A DNA stretch of 33,381 nt. Origin: Dehalococcoidia bacterium (GTDB taxonomy: Bacteria > Chloroflexota > Dehalococcoidia > Lucifugimonadales > DAOUBE01). Position 1 is the stretch's first letter; each line of letters begins with the position of its first letter. A program made the translations under genes and the position numbers. This document shows positions 16,241-24,662 of the stretch, in pieces. Where the stretch lies: NCBI GenBank assembly GCA_034432835.1, contig DAOUBE010000239.1:1-33381 (forward strand). The letters run 5' to 3'. A model generated the notes under the pieces. The model ran no database searches. It was given only the letters and a program-made list of their open reading frames with translations, and was not told the origin of the DNA.

Positions 16241-18145
16241 CTAGTGCCCCAGCTTCTCCTCGCGGCGGCTGGTGTTGAAGACCCCCGTTGGCGTCACCAC
16301 CCCGGAGATCTCCGCCACCTTCTCCAGGCTCTGGGCGTCGTACACCCGCACCACGTACCCTGTCCAGTCGCTGATGTACACGAAGCGGCCGTCCTCGGTG
16401 AACTCCGGGTGCAGGGTCATCACACCCTCCTGGATCACTTTCACCACCTCAAAGGGCTTCTCCTTCCTGAAAACGGTGATGGTGTTGGATGGAGTCCCGA
16501 ATAGGGCATCGGCCCAGACGTAGGGGCTGTTCTCGGCGGCGCGGATGAACAGCCCGGGGCCCTGGGTCGGGATGGTGCCGGCTATCTCGTTGGTCTCCAG
16601 GTCCCACACCGTCACCTTGCCCTCCCCGGCGTGGACCGTGGCGCCGTAGGTAGTGCCGTCGGCCTCCCACACGGCGCCAGAGCCTGGGTGGGGCGTGTCG
16701 CCCGTAGAGATCCTGTCCACTAGCTCCCAGTTCTCCACGTCTATCACCGCCATCCAGTTGTCCTGCTGCGACGCCAGGTAGAAGCGCTTGTTGTCGGGGC
16801 TGAGGAAACCGTCGTGGAGGATGTGGCCCACGTTCTCCAGTCTCTCGATGGGGAAGTCGGGCTGGGAGTAGTCCACGCGCCACACCTGGCCCGCCTCCTT
16901 AAGGGCGATGATGAAGTAGGGCCCCACCAGGTCCTCCGCCACGTCGCTGACAATGGCCACTCGGGACTCCATGGTGACGCCTTCGGGGTTGGGAGCCACC
17001 GTCTCGATGACCTTCAGCGGCTCCAAGGTTTGGGCATCCAGTATTACCGCCGTGGCGGGTATGTAGTTACCCACGATGAGGTACTTGCCATTGTCGGATA
17101 TGGCGATGCCCCGGGAGTCGTGGCCCACCCTTACCTTGCGCACCGCCTTCAGGGTGTAGAGGTCTATCTTGAACACCCAGCCGTCGCGGCCCACGTTGTA
17201 GGCCCAGCGCTCGTTGGTGGGGTCGAAGGCGTAGCCGTGGGCGCGGTAGCTGGCCTCGATGTGGCCCAGCAGGGTGTGGTCGTCACCGTTTATCACGGCG
17301 ATGCTACGGTTCTCCCGCTCGGTGACCAGCATAAGGTTGTCCATGTTGCCGGCGTGCTGGGGGGAGCTGGGCAGGGTGGACTCGTCCACCAGAGCTGCCA
17401 GGGAGCCTCTGATCTCCTCCATCTCCCACCGCACGGTGGCGGCCTCGGGCTGGCTGAAGATATATCCCACCAGGCCCCAGATCTCCTGGTCTGTCAGCCC
17501 TAGGTTGCCCCAAGAGGGCATGATGGTGCCCGGCCGGCCATTCTTGATGGTGTTGAAGTAGAACTCGTCCCTGGAAGTCAGACGCCCGGGGATAAGGGCG
17601 GGGCCCACACCCCCCTGGCGGTCGGCGCCGTGGCAGCCGCCACAGGCGTCGCTGAAGTACTGGGGTATGGCCTTGGCCCCGAAGTAGGACTGGGTGGGCG
17701 CCCCGGGCTCCGGCACCACGATGACCCCTTCCACCAGGCCCCGGGGCTCGGTGTGGTACTGGTAGATGCCGGCCTTGATGGGCTGCCAAGTGAAGCTCTC
17801 GCCCGGCCTCACCTCCTGCCGGAACAGCCCCTCGTCGCTGGCGATGACGTGGGGTACCTCGTCGTTGTTACGCCACGTGATGCTGGCCCCCACCCTGGCA
17901 TAGACCGTGTGGTGGTCCACGGACAGGTCCGTGATGGAAAGCTCCGCCCGGTCCACGGGTATCACGCCGCCGGGAGGCGGTGTGGGTGTAGGGCTGGCAA
18001 TGGAGGTGGGGGTGGATGTGGGGGTTGGGGATGGGGTCGGGGTGGGGGTTGGGGTAGGTGTCTCCCTGGCACAGCTTGCCACAAGAATCAGGGCAGTGGT
18101 CACCGCTGTTAGCAGGAGGCCCAGCCTCCCGGGAGTCCTGTTCAC
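16241..18145 (-). CDS. Lipoprotein fusing a cupredoxin-like domain, a cytochrome c domain and a cd1 nitrite-reductase-type 8-bladed propeller (NirS/NirN/NirF family)
   Basis: Lipobox 'LVASC' followed by a PT-rich linker. The cupredoxin pattern is 'VGASITWRNNDEVPHVI...GIYQYHTEPRGLVEGVIVV'. Heme c site 'CGGCHG' with 'IMPSWG'. The propeller carries 'GRDGWVFKIDL' and 'AHGYAF', as in cd1 enzymes. Confidence 0.8.
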   Translation of the reverse strand: MNRTPGRLGLLLTAVTTALILVASCARETPTPTPTPTPSPTPTSTPTSIASPTPTPPPGGVIPVDRAELSITDLSVDHHTVYARVGASITWRNNDEVPHVIASDEGLFRQEVRPGESFTWQPIKAGIYQYHTEPRGLVEGVIVVPEPGAPTQSYFGAKAIPQYFSDACGGCHGADRQGGVGPALIPGRLTSRDEFYFNTIKNGRPGTIMPSWGNLGLTDQEIWGLVGYIFSQPEAATVRWEMEEIRGSLAALVDESTLPSSPQHAGNMDNLMLVTERENRSIAVINGDDHTLLGHIEASYRAHGYAFDPTNERWAYNVGRDGWVFKIDLYTLKAVRKVRVGHDSRGIAISDNGKYLIVGNYIPATAVILDAQTLEPLKVIETVAPNPEGVTMESRVAIVSDVAEDLVGPYFIIALKEAGQVWRVDYSQPDFPIERLENVGHILHDGFLSPDNKRFYLASQQDNWMAVIDVENWELVDRISTGDTPHPGSGAVWEADGTTYGATVHAGEGKVTVWDLETNEIAGTIPTQGPGLFIRAAENSPYVWADALFGTPSNTITVFRKEKPFEVVKVIQEGVMTLHPEFTEDGRFVYISDWTGYVVRVYDAQSLEKVAEISGVVTPTGVFNTSRREEKLGH

Positions 18146-18554
18146 CCTCTTCCCTCCTTCCAGTAGGGTTATTCTTACAGCCGACCCGCCTACTGGGGGG
18201 CTTTCCCCTGGCTTCCTGGTAGGCCACAGGCCTGGCTGAGTATTCCTAGTCCCCTGTCAGAGGGTACTGTCCACGTCCTTTTGGCCCTGCCGCCACGGTT
18301 TCAAGGCCGCGGCTGGTAGGCACCACCCCCGGGCCAACGGGACCGGCCAGAGCAGCCTGGGCCACAGCACCGTACCACTTCGCCACCACGGGCAAGAAGG
18401 GCAGCGCCTACTCCCTGGTGCATGCGGCTGGGGCTGTGTTAACACCCATGCGTAACCCTTCGCCTTTCCTGTTGCCAAAGGTTGGCTCGACCTATCTTGG
18501 CCAGAATCTACGGCACAAAGGGCACCAACCGCCGCCGGCCCGGGGGGACCTTCG

Positions 18555-19157
18555 TCATCCCTCGACCAAGGCCTCGGGCGCCCTCTCCGCCGGCTCGATA
18601 AGCCCGTACCCGCCAGCCTTGCGGCGATAGACCACGTTGTATTGGCCAGTCTCGGCGTTGAAGAAAAAGAAGAAGTCGTGGCCCAGCAGCTCCATCTGCT
18701 CCACGGCGTCCTCAGGGAACGTGGGCTTAATCTCGTGGCTCTTGACCCGGACGATGCGGCCTACAGGCTCCTCCGGCCGCGGGCGGGTGGCCTCTTCCTC
18801 CACGGCTGCCCGGTAGGCCGCCTGCTCCCGCCTCTTGGTGAAATAGACGCGCTCCTTCCAGTCCCGGATGCGCCGCTCCAGCAAGTCGCGGACGCTGTCC
18901 ACCGTGGTGTAGGGGTCCGGGCCCCGGTCCTCCACTCGTACCAGCGTGCCATTGGCCGCCAGGGTGACCTGCACTATGTACCTCTGGACCTCGGGCCTGG
19001 TGTGCTCGAAGGTCATCTCCACCGAGGCCGCCCTCAGGTTGGGAAGGGACCGGATGACCCCTTCCAGCTTGTCCAATACGTAATCCTTGGACACCCTTTC
19101 CCGCTCCAGGTTGCGCAGCGTGACATCTATCCCCACCGGCGTCTCCTGGACACCCAT
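18555..19157 (-). CDS. hpf: Ribosome hibernation promoting factor, long form
   Basis: 200 aa. It combines a RaiA/HPF N-terminal domain with the C-terminal dimerisation motif 'MELLGHDFFFFFNAETGQYNVVYRRKAGGYGLIEP'. AAGGAGGA RBS upstream. Confidence 0.9.
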   Translation of the reverse strand: MGVQETPVGIDVTLRNLERERVSKDYVLDKLEGVIRSLPNLRAASVEMTFEHTRPEVQRYIVQVTLAANGTLVRVEDRGPDPYTTVDSVRDLLERRIRDWKERVYFTKRREQAAYRAAVEEEATRPRPEEPVGRIVRVKSHEIKPTFPEDAVEQMELLGHDFFFFFNAETGQYNVVYRRKAGGYGLIEPAERAPEALVEG

Positions 19158-19198
19158 GTATCTTCCTCCTTGCCCCTTATCTGGGGATACTAAGCCGG

Positions 19199-19450
19199 CT
19201 ACATCCGCCGGAACACCTTGTCTCCCTCCCGGACCCTCTGGGGCACTTTAATGGCCACCTGGTCCCCCGGCCCAGCCACCTCCACCTGGTGGTGGTCGAT
19301 TTCCATGGATTGCACCGTCTGCTCTACGTCGGTGGTACGGCCAAGGATGTGGATCTGGTCGCCTCGGCGCAGGGACGACTGCAGCTCCAGGGCAGCTACA
19401 CCTAGCCTGGAGTAGTAGTGAGTCACCTTCCCGATGAGCAGTTCAGGCAT
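19199..19450 (-). other. EF-Tu-domain-2-like small beta-barrel module with its own internal SD and ATG, in frame inside the sigma ORF
   Basis: AAGGAGGTG (plus-strand 19457-19465) lies 6 nt upstream of the ATG at 19450. The 83-aa product '[59 protein letters not shown]...VREGDKV' resembles stand-alone 'translation elongation factor-like' barrels. Confidence 0.4.
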
Positions 19451-20914
19451 TGCCGCACCTCCTTGCCCTTCCGCCAGGCCTGGGGCATCGGGGGAGCCAC
19501 CCCGGGGGGCCACCGCCGCCGCCAGGCGCCGGGACTGCTTCAGCTTGCTGAGGGCCTGCCGCTCGAGCTGCCTGGCCCGCTCCCGGGTGACACCCAGCTC
19601 CTGCCCCACCTCCTCCAGGGTGCGAGGCCTCCCGTCCACAAGCCCGAAGCGCAACTCCACCACCAGGCGCAGCCGCGGGGGCAGCTCCTGCAGGCTCTCC
19701 AGGACACTCTCCCTGGTGAGCTGACGTATGGCCAGCTCGTCCGGGGCCCACTCGGCGCTGTCTTCCAGGAAGTCCTCCAGGGTGGCCCCCTCCTCGTCCC
19801 CCACGGGCGTATCCAGCGATACCGTAAACCTGCGCTGGCCCTGGAGCGTCTCCACCGTCTCCTCGGCCCAGCCCAGCTCCTTGGCCAGCTCCGCCACCGT
19901 GGGCTCCCGTCCCAGGCGTTTCTGCAGCTCCCGGTCGGCCCGGTTGAGCTGCTGTAGCTGCTCCACTATGTGCACGGGCAGGCGGATGGTGTGCCCCTGG
20001 TCCGCCAGGGCCCTGGTCACCGCCTGCCGTATCCACCACACGGCATAGGTGCTGAACTTGTACCCACGGTGGGGGTCGAACTTCTGTACCGCCCGCATGA
20101 GGCCTATGTTCCCCTCCTGGATAAGGTCGAAGAGGGGCAGACCCCGCCCCACGTACTTCCTGGCGACGCTGACCACCAGCCTCAGATTGGCGTTGGTCAG
20201 CCGCTCCGAGGCCACCTCCGCCTCCCGCTCCACCCTCTCCCACCATGCCTGCAGCTCCCCCTGGTGAGGCTCCAGCACCGCTTGGGCCCTGTCCCGCTCC
20301 AGGGTCCCTTTTTCCTCCCGCTTGCGCCGCTCCTTCTCTAGCGCCTCTATGGCTGCCGGGGGCAGGAGCCGGGCATACCGGGACAGGGCAGCAACGCCGG
20401 CCACCACGGCGTCTTCAGGCTCCCCACTTCTCTTCGCCAGGGTCTTCCGTAGCTCCATGCTCAGGGGAGCGTGCAAGGCGTGGTTCACCTGGGGCATGGA
20501 AAGAAGCCGGTCTAGAGATTCCCCCTTCATCTCCCCCAATCCCAGGGCCCTAGCCAGGTGGTACAGCCACCGCTCCAGGGAGACCATCCTCAAGTAAAGC
20601 TCGGCGGCCAGTTCGGCCGGAGCTGGAGGACGCCCGTACTGCTCCTGCCACTCCTGGCGTCGGCTGTCCAGCTCCACCTTGAGCTCCACCGCCTGGCCCA
20701 GGGCGATCTCCTCCTCCGCCCGAAGCAGCCGGTGCCGCCCTATGGCCTGAAGGTACTCCCGAAGGGCGTCCACCGCCTCCGGGGCCTCCTCTTCCGCCAG
20801 TTCCTCCACGGGCTCTTGGCCCTCTTCCAGCACCTCGGGCTCTTCCTGGGACTCTTCCTCCACGGGCAGGTCCATGTCGTCGAAGAGGTGTTCTTCCCTC
20901 TTCTTGTCTTCCAC
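19199..20914 (-). CDS. Sigma-70 family (group 1/2) RNA polymerase sigma factor with an in-frame C-terminal beta-barrel extension
   Basis: Acidic N-terminus. Region 2 is '[32 protein letters not shown]...[14 protein letters not shown]', region 3 is present, and region 4.2 is '[24 protein letters not shown]'. The ORF continues about 115 codons past region 4.2. GTG start. Confidence 0.85.
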   Translation of the reverse strand: MEDKKREEHLFDDMDLPVEEESQEEPEVLEEGQEPVEELAEEEAPEAVDALREYLQAIGRHRLLRAEEEIALGQAVELKVELDSRRQEWQEQYGRPPAPAELAAELYLRMVSLERWLYHLARALGLGEMKGESLDRLLSMPQVNHALHAPLSMELRKTLAKRSGEPEDAVVAGVAALSRYARLLPPAAIEALEKERRKREEKGTLERDRAQAVLEPHQGELQAWWERVEREAEVASERLTNANLRLVVSVARKYVGRGLPLFDLIQEGNIGLMRAVQKFDPHRGYKFSTYAVWWIRQAVTRALADQGHTIRLPVHIVEQLQQLNRADRELQKRLGREPTVAELAKELGWAEETVETLQGQRRFTVSLDTPVGDEEGATLEDFLEDSAEWAPDELAIRQLTRESVLESLQELPPRLRLVVELRFGLVDGRPRTLEEVGQELGVTRERARQLERQALSKLKQSRRLAAAVAPRGGSPDAPGLAEGQGGAAMPELLIGKVTHYYSRLGVAALELQSSLRRGDQIHILGRTTDVEQTVQSMEIDHHQVEVAGPGDQVAIKVPQRVREGDKVFRRM

Positions 20915-20953
20915 CTTGCTACGCTCCCTTCGTTGGGTTGTTTCCGGGCTGCC

Positions 20954-21649
20954 TCATCTGTCGGGTCGTCCCACCTTGGTCCGCTCTGTGCGGCTCAGGT
21001 GCAGCAGCCGCCGCACCTCGTCGTCTGGCACCTGCTCAAACCTCATGTAGAACTGCCCCACCGCCCAGAACTCCACCGGCCGGGTCATGCAGAACACGTC
21101 GTCGGCCACCCGCCGTAGCTCCATGCAGGCCTCTCGGGAGCCCACGGGCACGGCCACGGTTACAGACCGGGCGCCCCGGTGGCGGGCGCTGATCACCGCC
21201 GCCTCCATGGACGCCCCGGTGGCGATACCGTCGTCAACGATGACCACCGAGGCCCCGGTAAGGTCCAGGGCCGAATGGTCCCCACGGAACAAGCGCTCTG
21301 CCTGCTGGGCCTCGGCCAGACGCAGGTGGGTCTCCCGCTCCACGTAACTTTCGCTCACCTGAAGCTGTTGAATGACATCGGGGTGCAACACTCGGGTACC
21401 GTCGGAGCACACCGCCCCGATGGCCAGCTCCTCGCTGATGGGTGCCCGCAATTTCTTGACCACCAGGATATCCATGGGAATCCCCATGGCCTGGGCCACC
21501 TCGAAGGCCACCGGCACGCCCCCTCGGGTAAGGCCCAGCACCACCGAGAACCTGCTACCCCTCTTGATGAGTGAGGTCGCCAGCGCCTGGCCCGCCTCCT
21601 GCCGGTCGCTGAACAGGACCTCACTGCTCCACGTCTTGGCCTGGTACAT
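20954..21649 (-). CDS. Phosphoribosyltransferase-domain protein
   Basis: 'VVLGLTRGGVPVA' and the PRPP loop 'VVIVDDGIATGASM' are present. I chose the ATG at 21649, preceded by GGAGGG; the ORF track extends to 21715. Confidence 0.75.
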   Translation of the reverse strand: MYQAKTWSSEVLFSDRQEAGQALATSLIKRGSRFSVVLGLTRGGVPVAFEVAQAMGIPMDILVVKKLRAPISEELAIGAVCSDGTRVLHPDVIQQLQVSESYVERETHLRLAEAQQAERLFRGDHSALDLTGASVVIVDDGIATGASMEAAVISARHRGARSVTVAVPVGSREACMELRRVADDVFCMTRPVEFWAVGQFYMRFEQVPDDEVRRLLHLSRTERTKVGRPDR

Positions 21650-21768
21650 CACACCCTCCTCTACGCTTACTTCCCCCAGGTACTCAGCGAGCCTTCGGCC
21701 CGGGACAACCTCCACTTCAGGTCGGCCCTGACTGTCGAAGGCTCACTGAGGTGGCCGCGGAAGGCCAA

Positions 21769-22191
21769 TTAGCTGGCGACCCGTCGTGCCCCGCCAAATC
21801 CCAGGAGCAGGTCGTGCATGGGCCGGTCCAGGGCCAGGGCCACGTCGGAGAAGGAAACCAGCCCCACCAGCTCCCTCTCCTCCATCACCGGTAGCCGCTT
21901 CACCTGCCTTTCGGTCATCAGGTGGGCGGCGTCCAGGATGTCCATGTCCGGCGTTGCGGTGACCACAGGGCTGCTCATGTGCTGTCGCACCCAGCACTCC
22001 TGGGCGATGTCACCATTGCTCAGGCACCGCACCGTCAGGTCCCGGTCCGTTATGATGCCGATGACGGAGCCGGCGTTGGTCACCACCAGGCAGCCAACGT
22101 TGGCGTCTCGCATCCGCCTGGCCGCCACGGCGATGGTCTCGTCACCGCTGATGGTAACGACCTCCCGCCTCATTATGTCCCTAACCTGCAT
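21769..22191 (-). CDS. CBS-pair domain protein
   Basis: 140 aa with two CBS repeats ('VRDIMRREVVTI', 'VGCLVV.N...IGIITDRDL', 'HMSSPVVT', 'RLPVMEE.ELVGLVSFSDV'). Its RBS overlaps the hsp20 stop codon. Confidence 0.85.
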   Translation of the reverse strand: MQVRDIMRREVVTISGDETIAVAARRMRDANVGCLVVTNAGSVIGIITDRDLTVRCLSNGDIAQECWVRQHMSSPVVTATPDMDILDAAHLMTERQVKRLPVMEERELVGLVSFSDVALALDRPMHDLLLGFGGARRVAS

Positions 22192-22200
22192 GGCTGACTC

Positions 22201-22707
22201 CTACGTGATCTCCACTTTGATAGGCCTGGCCTTTTTCTCAGCCGACGGCATGGGCACCGTGACCTCCAACACACCGTCCTTGTAAGTGGCCTGGATAGCG
22301 TTGGCGTCGGCGCCCTCGGGCAGGCTGATGGCCCGGGAGAACTCCCCTCTGGCCCGCTCGGCGCAGTAGTAGTTCTCCTCTCGTACCTCCCGCTCCTCCT
22401 GGCGCTTGCCACTGATGATCAAGGTGTTGTCCTGGACCTCCACGGCGATGTCCTCCCGCTTCATGCCCGGGAGCTCCGCCTGCACCACCAGCTTCCCGTC
22501 CCGCTCGAAGACGTCGATGTCCGGCGCCCAGGCCTCTTCTGCCCACAAGGAAGGCCAGCGGCGCCAGTAACTGCGCCAGGGCCACAGGCCAAAGGCCCGG
22601 AAAGGTCTGTCAAAGAACCTCTCTATCTCTTCGCGCCACGATGGGAACAGGCGCTCCCTTCTGCGCACGGCTATGCTCTGCTGCTCCTGCCTCCGCTCAG
22701 TTGCCAT
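22201..22707 (-). CDS. Hsp20/alpha-crystallin small heat-shock protein
   Basis: 168 aa. 'PDIDVFERDGKLVVQAELPGMKREDIAVEVQDNTLIISG' and 'A.Y.DGVLEVTVP' form the alpha-crystallin core. AAGGAGG RBS upstream. Confidence 0.9.
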   Translation of the reverse strand: MATERRQEQQSIAVRRRERLFPSWREEIERFFDRPFRAFGLWPWRSYWRRWPSLWAEEAWAPDIDVFERDGKLVVQAELPGMKREDIAVEVQDNTLIISGKRQEEREVREENYYCAERARGEFSRAISLPEGADANAIQATYKDGVLEVTVPMPSAEKKARPIKVEIT

Positions 22708-22852
22708 GAAGCCGACCTCCTTGGTTAGTTTGACCCTTATGTTAATCGAAAGGCGTGCAATAGCCGTGAAAACAGGCTGGGCCGCCGTGAGAATGGTATG
22801 AAAATGTGGAGAGGTGGCCCTGGCGCTTTCCAGGACTGGGCTGGCTATCGGC

Positions 22853-24169
22853 TTAATCCAGCAGGCCCAGCCTCCACTCCAGGGCCAGCAGGCCTATGGA
22901 AAGGCCCAGGGTGACCGCCGTGACCAGCAGGCCCACCCGCAGGAACTGGCCGAAGGGGACGGTCACACCGTCCCTCGCGGCTACCTCGGCCACGATGATG
23001 TTGGCCACGGCGCCGATGAGGGTGGCGTTGCCCCCCAGGGTGGCCCCCGCCGCCAGGCTCAGCCACAGTGTGTCCCCTGGCGCCCCTTCAATGAGGGGGA
23101 TGACCAGCATGGTCAGGGGCACGTTGCTGACTAGCTGGCTCACGGCGGCGCTCACCAGGTGCAGGGAGACTATGCCTTTCAGGTCTGGGGTAACGCTGAT
23201 GTGCTCCAGCAGCACGTCCAGCACTCCAGCCTCCCTGGCCCCGCCGATGACCACGAACAGGCCCGCGAAGAAGAGCAGCAGCACCCAGTCCACCCTACGG
23301 ATGATCTCCGAGGGGCGCACCCGGCTGACCAGCAGCACCGCCGCCCCCGCAGCCAGGGCGATGAGGGATATCTGCACGCCCAGGGTGGAGGAGAGGAAGA
23401 AGTCGGCGATGGTGGGGATGACTATGAGGGTGGTGCGCCGCACGATGTGGGGGTCCACCTGGGCCGACGCCTTCAGCAGGGCTACATCAGGCACGAAGCC
23501 GTTGCGGAACTCCTGCCGGTATATCCACCAGACGATGAGGCCCAGGGCGATGCAGGCGGCAGCGGCCACTGGGGCTAGAAGGAGGAAGAACCGGCTGAAA
23601 GAGATGCCTGAGGTGACGCCTATGAGCATGTTCTGGGGGTTGCCCACGATGGTGGCCGTGGAGCCGGCGTTGGAGGCCATGGCCTCGGCGATGAGGTAGG
23701 GCACAGGGTTGGCCTTCAGCAGGCGACACGCCCGTACAACCACGGGGGTGAAGAGGAGCACCACGGCGTCGTTGACCAGAAGGGCACTGAGCACGGCGGT
23801 GGAGGCCACCACTATGGCCAGCAGCCGGACCGGGGTGGTCCCCACAGACAGCAGCCGAGAGGCCAGGTAGGTGAAGAAGCCCCCCAGGTCCAGCACCGCC
23901 ACCAGGATCATCATGCCCAGTAGCAGGCCGATGGTGTGGAAGTCTATGGCTCGGACGGCGGCGTCGAAGGAGAGGACGCCCAGTAGGATCATCAGTACAG
24001 CGCCAGTGAAGGCGGCGGAGGGTCGGTCAACGTTGAGGCGGGGCAGGCGCGTGAAGGCGACGCCCAGGTAGGTCAAGCCGAGGACGATGGAAGCTTTCCA
24101 GAGCATATAGAGGATAACGGGCCCAAAGCCCCAGGCCCTCCCTACGCTCAGGCCCGTCGGCTCCCTCAA
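22853..24169 (-). CDS. ArsB/NhaD-superfamily anion permease (YbiR-like); start uncertain
   Basis: Polytopic hydrophobic ORF of 438 aa carrying 'SNAGSTATIVGNPQNMLIG' and 'GGNATLIGAVANIIVA', the duplicated motifs of this superfamily. The ORF start at 24169 is TTG; an alternative ATG is at 24106. Confidence 0.7.
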   Translation of the reverse strand: MREPTGLSVGRAWGFGPVILYMLWKASIVLGLTYLGVAFTRLPRLNVDRPSAAFTGAVLMILLGVLSFDAAVRAIDFHTIGLLLGMMILVAVLDLGGFFTYLASRLLSVGTTPVRLLAIVVASTAVLSALLVNDAVVLLFTPVVVRACRLLKANPVPYLIAEAMASNAGSTATIVGNPQNMLIGVTSGISFSRFFLLLAPVAAAACIALGLIVWWIYRQEFRNGFVPDVALLKASAQVDPHIVRRTTLIVIPTIADFFLSSTLGVQISLIALAAGAAVLLVSRVRPSEIIRRVDWVLLLFFAGLFVVIGGAREAGVLDVLLEHISVTPDLKGIVSLHLVSAAVSQLVSNVPLTMLVIPLIEGAPGDTLWLSLAAGATLGGNATLIGAVANIIVAEVAARDGVTVPFGQFLRVGLLVTAVTLGLSIGLLALEWRLGLLD

Positions 24170-24662
24170 CTGTACCCGGCAGAGAGGGGCCGCACCAGGC
24201 CGCAGCGGGCAGGGGGTGGGACACTCCCTTCAGACAGTCAGGCCCGTTACGATTCACACTCCTATACCCAACAACGTGGGCACCATGGGCCTTATACAGG
24301 CCGCTGACTAGCAATTCTAGCACAGGCCCCAGGCTGGTGCCTTGCGGGGCCAGCCCTCCCTACAGGCATATTTGGCCTGGCCCCTAACCCTCAGTCGGGC
24401 CTTGGCAAACTGGTGCATACTCGCAGGCATACACGGAGCAAGGGCCGTTGGATGGAGACTATAATCTCGCCCTGGTTAACCTGAAGACCTGGGGTGGTGT
24501 GGTGGTGGCCGCGCAGAGTGTCCCGCCTCGAATAGCCTCGCTGGGCGTTTCTTTGGTGGTCTCCCGCTGTGTAGCCCTCCTGGCAGCCTCTTTGCCTTGG
24601 CAAGAGTCCCCTCTGTACCGGCCCACCGGGCCACGGCGCCCCAGCGTGTGTGGGAGGGTTAG

